A DNA stretch of 64,000 bases from Bugula neritina. Its lineage: Eukaryota > Animalia > Bryozoa. Positions 51,061-63,560 of the stretch are shown in pieces. A program made the position numbers and the translations under genes. The notes beneath the pieces were generated by a model. That model did not search any database. It was not told where the DNA came from and saw only the letters and a list, made by a program, of their open reading frames with translations. Position 1 is the first letter of the stretch, and each line of letters begins with the position of its first letter. The stretch is from the NCBI GenBank assembly GCA_964035545.1, contig CAXIUT010000230.1, positions 1,302,001 to 1,366,000 of the forward strand, read 5' to 3'.

Positions 51061-51229
51061 AATACACTGCAACATACTAAAATACACTGCAACATACTGA
51101 AATACATTGCAACACATTAAAATATACTGCGACATACTGAAACATACTGCAACATACTGAAATACACTATAACATATTGAAATATAGTGCAACATAGTGA
51201 ATTACACTCTAACATACTGAAATATGCTG

Positions 51230-53950
51230 TAGCATACTGAAATACACTGCAACACACTGAAGTATACTGTAATACACTGAAATGTGATGCAACATACTGA
51301 ATTATACTGCAACATAGTGCAACATACTGAAATACACTACAACAAACTGCAACATACTGAAATACACTGGAACATATTGAAATACACTGCGACACATTGA
51401 AACATACTGCAACATTCTGAATTATACTGCAACATACTGCAACATACTGAAATACACTGTAACAAAAAGAAATATGCTGTAGCACACTGCAGTATTCTAT
51501 AATATACTGAAATGTATTGCAACATACCGAAATATACTGCAACGCATTGAATTACACTGTGACATATTGAAAAATACCGCAACATACTGAAATGTAGTGT
51601 AATATGCAGAAATGTACTGTAACATACTGAAATATACTGTAACACACTGAAATATACTCTAACATACCGAAATACACTGCAACATACTGCAACATACTGA
51701 AATGCACCGAAACATAATGGAATACCCTGCAACACATTGAAATATACTGCAACACACTGAAACATAAGGTAACACAATGAAGTATACTGCGACACATTAA
51801 ACTATACTGCAACATACTGAAATATACTGCGACGCCTTAAAATATACTGCAACATACTGAAATAGACTGCAAGTGGTGCAACATACTGAAATACACTGTG
51901 ACACACTGAAATACACTGCAACATACTGCAACATACTGCAACATACAGAAATACATGTAACATATTGAAATACACTGCATCATACTGCAACATACTGAAA
52001 AACACTGTAACATATTGATATACACTGCAACTCATTGAAATATACTGCAACACACTGCAACATACGTCAGCATACCGAAATATACTGCGACACCCTGAAA
52101 AAAACTGCAACATACTGAAATATACTGCAAGTGGTGCAACATACTGAAATACACTGTGATATACTGAAACACACTGCAACATACTGCAAGATATTGCAAC
52201 GTACGGAAATACAGTGTAACTTATTGAATTACACTGCATCATACTGCAACATACTGAGATACACTGGAACATATTGATATACACTGCAACACATTGAAAT
52301 ATACTGCAACACACTGAACCATATGGCAACATACTGAAATTATCTGCGACACACTGAAAAATAATGCAACATACGAATTATACTTCAAGTGGTGCGACAT
52401 ACTGAAATACAATGTGACACACTGAAATACACTGCAACATACTGCAACATACTGCAACATACTGAAATATTGTGCGACACATTGAAATATACTGCAACAT
52501 ATTGAAATATACTGTAACATACTGCAACATACTAAAATACACTGCAACATACTGAAATACATTGCAACACATTAAAATATACTGCGACATACTGAAACAT
52601 ACTGCAACATGCTGAAATATACTGCAACATACTGAAATACACTATAACATATTGAAATATACTGCGACATACTGAATTACACTCTAACATACTGAAATAT
52701 GCTCTAGCATACTGAAATACACTGCAACACACTGTAGTATACTGTAATACACTGAAATGTGAAGCAACATACTGAATTATACTGCAACATAGTGCAACAT
52801 ACTGAAATACACTACAACAAACTGCAACATACTGAAATACACTGGAACATATTGAAATACACTGCGACACATTGAAACATACTGCAACATTCTGAATTAT
52901 ACTGCAACATACTGCAACATACTGAAATACACTGTAACAAAAAGAAATATGCTGTAGCACACTGAAGTATTCTATAATATACTGAAATGTATTGCAACAT
53001 ACCGAAATAAATCGCAACGCATTGAATTACACTATGACATATTGAAATATACCGCAACATACTGAAATGTAGTGTAATATGCAGAAATGTACTGTAACAT
53101 ACTGAAATATACTGTAACACACTGAAATATACTCTAACATACCGAACTACACTGTAACATACTGAAATATACTGCAACATACTGCAACATACTGAATTAC
53201 ACTTGAACATAATGAAATACACTGCAACACATTGAAATATACTGCAACATATCAAAATGAATGGTAAACTAGTAAAATTTACTGTAACATAATGAAACAT
53301 ACCGGAACATACTGCAACATAACAAAATATAGTGCAACACATTGAAATATACGGCAACATACCGAAATATACTGCAACACGTTGAAAAATACTGCAACAT
53401 ACGAAATATACTGCAAGTGGTGCAACATACTGAAATACAATGTGACACACTGGAATACTCTGCAACATACTGCAACATACTGCAACATACTGAAATACAC
53501 TGTAACAAAAAGAAATATACTGTAGCACACTGAAGTATTCTATAATATATTGAAATGCAATGTGACACACTGAAATACACTGCAACATACTGCAACATAC
53601 TGCAACATACTGAAATATACTGCAAGTAGTGCAACATACTGAAATACACTGTGACACACTGAAATACACTGCAACATACTGCAACAAACTGCAACATACT
53701 GAAATATTGTGCGACACATTGAAATATACTGCAACTTATTGAAATATACTGTAACATACTGCAACATACTAAAATACACTGCAACATACTAAAATACACT
53801 GCAACATACTGAAATACATTGCAACACATTAAAATATACTGCGACATACTGAAACATACTGCAACATACTGAAATACACTATAACATATTGAAATATAGT
53901 GCAACATAGTGAATTACACTCTAACATACTGAAATATGCTGTAGCATACT
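51230..53950. repeat. Mosaic of partial copies (51630-52660 = 47373-48400 +4257; 52660-53950 = 49950-51240 +2712)
   Basis: ORF pairs 47545/51802, 48121/52378, 50100/52812 and 50630/53342. Confidence 0.85.
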
Positions 53951-56900
53951 GAAATACACTGCAACACACTGAAGTATACTGCAATACACTGAAATGTAAT
54001 GCAACTTACTGAATTATACTGCAACATAGTGCAACATACTGAAATACACTACAACATACTGCAACATACTGAAATACACTGGAACATATTGAAATACACT
54101 GCGACACATTGAAACATACTGCAACATACTGAAACATACTGCAAGATACTGCAACAGACTGAAACAGACTGTGACATACTGAAATACACTGCAACATACT
54201 GCAAGATACTGCAACCTACTGAAATACACTGTAACATATTGAAATACACTGCATCATACTGCAACATACTGAATTACACTGGAACATATTGATATACACT
54301 GCAACACATTGAAATATACTGCAACACACTGAAACATGCGGCAATATACCGAAATATATTGCGACACCTTGAAAAATACTGCAACATACGAAATATACTG
54401 CAAGTGGTGCAACATACTGAAATACAATGTGACACACTAGAATACACTGCAACATACTGCAACATACTGCAACATACTGAAATACACTGTATCATATTGA
54501 AATACACTGCATCATACTGCAACATACTGAAAAACACTGGAACATATTGGTATACACTGCAACTCATTGAAATATACTGCAACACACTGCAACATACGGC
54601 AGCATACCGAAATATACTGCGACACCTTGAAAAATACTGCAACATACTGAAATATACTGCAAGTAGTGCAACATACTGAAATACACTGTGACACACTGAA
54701 ATACACTGCAACATACTGCAACAAACTGCAACATACTGAAATATTGTGCGACACATTGAAATATACTGCAACATATTGAAATATACTGTAACATACTGCA
54801 ACATACTAAAATACACTGCAACATACTGAAATACATTGCAACACATTAAAATATACTGCGACACACTGAAACACACTGCAACATGCTGAAATATACTGCA
54901 ACATACTGAAATACACTATAACATATTGAAATATACTGCAACATACTGAATTACACTCTAACATACTGAAATATGCTGTAGCATACTGAAATACACTGCA
55001 ACACACTGAAGTATACTGCAATACACTGAAATGTAATGCAACTTACTGAATTATACTGCAACATAGTGCAACATACTGAAATACACTACAACATACTGCA
55101 ACATACTGAAATACACTGGAACATATTGAAATACACTGCGACACATTGAAACATACTGCAACATACTGAAACATACTGCAAGATACTGCAACATACTGAA
55201 ACAGACTGTGACATACTGAAATACACTGCAACATACTGCAAGATACTGCAACCTACTGAAATACACTGTAACATATTGAAATACACTGCATCATACTGCA
55301 ACATACTGAATTACACTGGAACATATTGATATACACTGCAACACATTGAAATATACTGCAACACACTGAAACATGCGGCAATATACCGAAATATATTGCG
55401 ACACCTTGAAAAATACTGCAACATACGAAATATACTGCAAGTGGTGCAACATACTGAAATACAATGTGACACACTAGAATACACTGCAACATACTGCAAC
55501 ATACTGCAACATACTGAAATACACTGTATCATATTGAAATGCACTGCATCATACTGCAACATACTGAAAAACACTGGAACATATTGGTATACACTGCAAC
55601 TCATTGAAATATACTGCAACACACTGCAACATACGGCAGCATACCGAAATATACTGCGACACCTTGAAAAATACTGCAACATACTGAAATAGACTGCAAG
55701 TAGTGCAACATACTGAAATACACTGTGACACACTGAAATACACTGCAACATACTGCAACAAACTGCAACATACTGAAATATTGTGCGACACAGTGAAATA
55801 TACTGCAACATATTGAAATATACTGTAACATACTGCAACATACTAAAATACACTGCAACATACTGAAATACATTGCAACACATTAAAATATACTGCGACA
55901 TACTGAAACATACTGCAACATGCTGAAATATACTGCAACATACTGAAATACACTATAACATATTGAAATATACTGCAACATACTGAATTACACTCTAACA
56001 TACTGAAATATGCTGTAGCATACTGAAATACACTGCAACACACTGAAGTATACTGTAATACACTGAAATGTAATGCAACATACTGAATTATACTGCAACA
56101 TAGTGCAACATACTGAAATACACTGAAACATAATGCAACATACTACAACATACTGAAATACACTGTAACATATCGAAATACACTGCAACATACTGCAACA
56201 TACTGCAACATACTGAAATACACCGTAACATATCGAAATACACTGCAACATACTGCAACATACTGAAATGCACCCAAACGTAATGGAATACCCTGCAACA
56301 CATTGAAATATACTGCAACAGACTGAAACATAAGGTAACACAATGAAGTGTACTGCGACACATTAAACTATACTGCAACATGCTGAAGTATACTGCAACA
56401 TACTGAAACGTAATGTAACATACAGAAATGTACTGTAACATACTGAAATATACTGTAACAGACTGAAATCTACTCCAACATACCGAATTACACTGTAACA
56501 TACTGAAATATACTGCAACATACTGCAACATACTGAATTACACTTGAACATAATGAAATACACTGCAACACATTGAAATATACTGCAACATATCGAAATG
56601 AATGGTAAACTAGTGTAATATACTGTAACATAATGAAACATACCGGGACATACTGCAACGTAATGAAGTATAGTGTAACACACTGAAATATGCGGCAACA
56701 TACCGAAATATACTGCAAAACGTTCAAAAATACTGCAACATACTGAAATATACTGTAACATGCTGCAACATAGTGAAATACACTGGAACATATTGAACTA
56801 CACTGCAACACTCTGAAATATACTGCAATACACTGAAGTATACTGTAATACACTGAAATGTAATGCAACATACTGAATTATACTGCAACATAGTGCAACA

Positions 56901-59900
56901 TACTGAAATACACTGTGACACACTGAAATACACTGAAACATAATGCAACATACTGCAACATACTGAAATACACTGTAACATATCGAAATACACTGCAACA
57001 TACTGCAACATACTGCAACATACTGAAAGACACGGTAACATATCGAAATACACTGCAACATACTGCAACATACTGAAATGCACCGGAACATAATGGAATA
57101 CCCTGCAACACCTTGAAATATACTGCAACAGACTGAAACATAAGGTAACACAATGAAGTATACTGCGACACATTAAAATATGCTGCAACATACTGAAATA
57201 TACTGCAACATACTGAAATGTAATGTAATATACAGAAATGTACTGTAACATACTGCAACATACTAAAATACACTGCAACATACTGAAATACATTGCAACA
57301 CATTAAAATATACTGCAACATACTGAAACATACTGCAACATGCTGAAATATACTGCAACATACTGAAATACACTATAACATATTGAAATATACTGCTACA
57401 TACTGAATTACACTCTAACATGCTGAAATATGCTTTCGCATACTGAAATACACTGCAACACACTGAAGTATACTGTAATACACTGAAATGTGATGCAACA
57501 TACTGAATTATACTGCAACATAGTGCAACATACTGAAATACACTACAACAAACTGCAACATACTGAAATACACTGGAACATATTGAAATACACTGCGACA
57601 CATTGAAACATACTGCAACATTCTGAATTATACTGCAACATACTGCAACATACTGAAATACACTGTAACAAAAAGAAATATGCTGTAGCACACTGCAGTA
57701 TTCTATAATATACTGAAATGTATTGCAACATACCGAAATATACTGCAACGCATTGAATTACACTGTGACATATTGAAATATACCGCAACATACTGAAATG
57801 TAGTGTAATATGCAGAAATGTACTGTAACATACTGAAATATACTGTAACACACTGAAATATACTCTAACATACCGAAATACACTGTAACATACTGAAATA
57901 TACTGCAACATACTGCAACCTACTGAATTACACTTGAACATAATGAAATACACTGCAACACATTGAAATATACTGCAACATATCAAAATGAATGGTAAAC
58001 TAGTAAAATTTACTGTAACATAATGAAACATACCGGAACATACTGCAACATAACAAAATATAATGCAACACACTGAAACATGTGGCAATATACCGAAATA
58101 TACTGCGACACCTTGAAAAATACTGCAACATACGAAATATACTGCAAGTGGTGCAACATACTGAAATACAATGTGACACACTGGAATACACTGCAACATA
58201 CTGCAACATACTGCAACATACTGAAATACACTGTAACATATTGAAATACACTGCATCATACTGCAACATACTGAAAAACACTGGAACATATTTATATACA
58301 CTGCAACTCATTGAAATATACTGCAACACACTGCAACATACGGCAGCATACCGAAATATACTGCGACACCTTGAAAAATACTGCAACATACTGAAATATA
58401 CTGCAAGTGGTGCAACATACTGAAATACACTGTGACATACTGAAATACACTGCAACATACTGCAAGATATTGCAACGTACGGAAATACAGTGTAACTTAT
58501 TGAATTACACTGCATCATACTGCAACATACTGAGATACACTGGAACATATTAATATACACTGCAAAACATTGAAATATATTGCAACACACTGAACCATAT
58601 GGCAACATACCGAAGTTTACTGCGACACACTGAAAAATACTGCAACATACGAATTATACTTCAAGTGGTGCAACATACTGAAATACAATGTGACACACTG
58701 AAATACACTCCAACATACTGCAACATACTGCAACATACTGAAATATTGTGCGACACATTGAAATATACTGCAACATATTGAAATATACTGTAACATACTG
58801 CAACATACTAAAATACACTGCAACATACTGAAATACATTGCAACACATTAAAATATACTGCGACATACTGAAACATACTGCAACATGCTGAAATATACTA
58901 CAACATACTGAAATACACTATAACATATTGAAATATACTGCGACATACTGAATTACACTCTAACATACTGAAATATGCTCTAGCATACTGAAATACACTG
59001 CAACACACTGTAGTATACTGTAATACACTGAAATGTGAAGCAACATACTGAATTATACTGCAACATAGTGCAACATACTGAAATACACTACAACAAACTG
59101 CAACATACTGAAACACACTGGAACATATTGAAATACACTGCGACACATTGAAACATACTGCAACATTCTGAATTATACTGCAACATACTGCAACATACTG
59201 AAATACACTGTAACAAAAAGAAATATGCTGTAGCACACTGAAGTATTCTATAATATACTGAAATGTATTGCAACATACCGAAATATACCGCAACGCATTG
59301 AATTACACTGTGACATATTGAAATATACCGCAACATACTGAAATGTAGTGTAATATGCAGAAATGTACTGTAACATACTGAAATATACTGTAACACACTG
59401 AAGTATACTCTAACATACCGAAATACACTGTAACATACTGAAATATACTGCAACATACTGCAACATACTGAATTACACTTGAACATAATGAAATACACTG
59501 CAACACATTGAAATATACTGCAACATATCAAAATGAATGGTAAACTAGTAAAATTTACTGTAACATAATGAAACATACCGGAACATACTGCAACATAACA
59601 AAATATAGTGCAACACATTGAAATATACGGCAACATACCGAAATATACTGCAACACGTTGAAAAATACTGCAACATACGAAATATACTGCAAGTGGTGCA
59701 ACATACTGAAATACAATGTGACACACTGGAATACTCTGCAACATACTGCAACATACTGCAACATACTGAAATACACTGTAACAAAAAGAAATATGCTGTA
59801 GCACACTGAAGTATTCTATAATATACTGAAATGCAATGTGACACACTGAAATACACTGCAACATACTGCAACAGACTGAAATATTTTGCGACACATTGAA

Positions 59901-61000
59901 ATATACTGCAACATATTGAAATACACTGTAACATACTGCAACATACTAAAATGCACTGCAACATACTGAAATACATTGCAACACATTAAAATATACTGCG
60001 ACATACTGAAACATAATGCAACATACTGAAATACACTATAACATATTGAAATATACTGCAACATAGTGAATTACACTCTAACATACTGAAATATGCTGTA
60101 GCATACTGAAATACACTGCAACACACTGAAGTATACTGTAATACACTGAAATGTAATGCAACTTACTGAATTATACTGCAACATAGTGCAACATACTGAA
60201 ATACACTACAACATACTGCAACATACTGAAATACACTGGAACATATTGAAATACACTGCGACACATTGAAACATACTGCAACATACTGAAATATACTGCA
60301 AGATACTGCAACATACTGAAACAGACTGTGACATACTGAAATACACTGCAACATACTGCAAGATACCGCAACCTACTGAAATACACTGTAACATATTGAA
60401 ATACACTGCATCATACTGCAACATACTGAATTACACTGGAACATATTGATATACACTGCAACACATTGAAATATACTGCAACACACTGAAACATGCGGCA
60501 ATATACCGAAATATATTGCGACACCTTGAAAAATACTGCAACATACGAAATATACTGCAAGTGGTGCAACATACTGAAATACAATGTGACACACTAGAAT
60601 ACACTGCAACATACTGCAACATACTGCAACATACTGAAATACACTGTATCATATTGAAATACACTGCATCATACTGCAACATACTGAAAAACACTGGAAC
60701 ATATTGGTATACACTGCAACTCATTGAAATATACTGCAACACACTGCAACATACGGCAGCATACAGAAATATACTGCGACACCTTGAAAAATACTGCAAC
60801 ATACTGAAATAGACTGCAAGTAGTGCAACATACTGAAATACACTGTGACACACTGAAATACACTGCAACATACTGCAACAAACTGCAACATACTGAAATA
60901 TTGTGCGACACATTGAAATATACTGCAACATATTGAAATATACTGTAACATACTGCAACATACTAAAATACACTGCAACATACTGAAATACATTGCAACA
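52680..61000. repeat. ~8.3-kb block paralogous to ~32640-40900 (offset 20034, then 20044, then 20094)
   Basis: ORF pairs 33308/53342, 33962/54006, 36269/56363, 38505/58599 and 40069/60163. Shared private variants GCTTTCGC, AAAGACACGG and AAATCTACTCC. Confidence 0.9.
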
Positions 61001-62459
61001 CATTAAAATATACTGCGACATACTGAAACATACTGCAACATGCTGAAATATACTGCAACATACTGAAATACACTATAACATATTGAAATATACTGCAACA
61101 TACTGAATTACACTCTAACATACTGAAATATGCTGTAGCATACTGAAATACACTGCAACACACTGAAGTATACTGTTTTACACTGAAATGTAATGCAACA
61201 TACTGAATTATACTGCAACATAGTGCAACATACTGAAATACACTGTGACACACTGAAATACACTGAAATATAATGCAACATACTGCAACATACTGAAATA
61301 CACTGTAACATATCGAAATACACTGCAACATACTGCAACATACTGCAACATACTGAAATACACCGTAACATATCGAAATACACTGCAACATACTGCAACA
61401 TACTGAAATGCACCGAAACATAATGGAATACCCTGCAACAAATTGAAATATACTGCAACAGACTGAAACATAAGGTAACACAATGAAGTATACTGCGACA
61501 CATTAAACTATACTGCAACATACTGAAGTATACTGCAACATACTGAAATGTAATGTAACATACAGAAATGTACTGTAACATACTGAAATATACTGTAACA
61601 GACTGAAATATACTCCAACATACCGAAATACACTGTAACATACTGAAATATACTGCAACATACTGCAACATACTGAATTACACTTGAACATAATGAAATA
61701 CACTGCAACACATTGAAATATACTGCAACATATCGAAATGAATGGTAAACTAGTGTAATATACTGTAACATAATGAAACATACCGGGACATACTGCAACG
61801 TAATAAAGTATAGTGTAACACACTGAAATATGCGGCAACATACCGAAATATACTGCAAAACGTTCAAAAATACTGCAACATACTGAAATATACTGCAACA
61901 TGCTGCAACATACTGAAATACACTGGAACATATTGAACTCCACTACAACACTCTGAAATATACTGCAACACACTGAAACATACGGCAACATACCGAAATA
62001 AACTGCGACACGTTGAAAATTACTGAAACATACTGAAATATACTGCGACGCCTTAAAATATACTGCAACATACTGAAATAGACTGCAAGTGGTGCAACAT
62101 ACTGAAATACACTGTGACACACTGAAATACACTGCAACATACCGCAACATACTGCAACATACTGAAATACACTGTAACCTATTGAAATACACTGCATCAT
62201 ACTGCAACATACTGAAAAACACTGGAACATATTGATATACACTGCAACTCATTGAAATATACTGCAACACACTGCAACATACGGCAGCATACCGAAATAT
62301 ACTGCGACACCTTGAAAAATACTGCAACATACTGAAATATACTGCAAGTGTTGCAGCATACTGAAATACACTGTGACATACTGAAATACACTGCAACATA
62401 CTGCAAGATATTGCAACGTACGGAAATACAGTGTAACTTATTGAATTACACTGCATCAT

Positions 62460-63560
62460 ACTGCAACATACTGAGATACACTGGAACATATTGATATACA
62501 CTGCAATACATTGAAATATACTGCAACACACTGAACCATATGGCAACACACCGAAATTAACTGCGACACACTGAAAAATACTGCAACATACGAATTATAC
62601 TTCAAGTGGTGCAACATACTGAAATACAATGTGACACACTGAAATACACTGCAACATACTGCAACATACTGCAACATACTGAAATATACTGCGACACATT
62701 AAAATATACTGCAACATATTGAAATATACTGAAACATACTGCAACATGCTGAAATATACTGCAACATACTGAAATACACTATAACATATTGAAATATACT
62801 GCAACCTACTGAATTACACTCCAACATACTGAAATATGCTGTCGCATACTGAAATACACTGCAACACACTGAAGTATACTGTAATACACTAAAATGTGAT
62901 GCAACATACAGAATTATACTGCAAGATACTCAATCAGACTGTGACATACTGAAGTACACTGCAACATACTGCAAGATACTGCAATATACTGAAATACACT
63001 GTAACATACTGAAATACATTGCAACGCATTAAAATATACTGCAACACACTGAAACATACGGCAATATACCGAAATACACTGCGACACTCTGAAAAATACT
63101 GTAAATACTGCAACATACTGAGATACACTGGAACATATTGATATACACTGCAACACATTGAAATATACTGCAACACACTGAACCATATGGCAACATACCG
63201 AAATTAACTGCGACACACTGAAAAATACTGCAACATACGAATTATACTTCAAGTGGTGCAACATACTGAAATACAATGTGACACACTGAAATACACTGCA
63301 ACATACTGCAACATACTGAAATATACTGCGACACATTAAAATATACTGCAACATATTGAAATATACTGAAACATACTGCAACATGCTGAAATATACTGCA
63401 ACATACTGAAATACACTATAACATATTGAAATATACTGCAACCTACTGAATTACACTCTAACATTCTGAAATATGCTGTCGCATACTGAAATACACTGCA
63501 ACACACTGAAGTATACTGTAATACACTAAAATGTGATGCAACATACTGAATTATACTGCA
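62460..63560. repeat. Local duplication, 647/637-bp offset, in the diverged end zone
   Basis: GAGATACACTGG at 62473 and 63120. Shared variants GAAATTAACTG, GCTGTCGC and CTAAAATGTGATG; one monomer is lost in the second copy. Confidence 0.85.
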
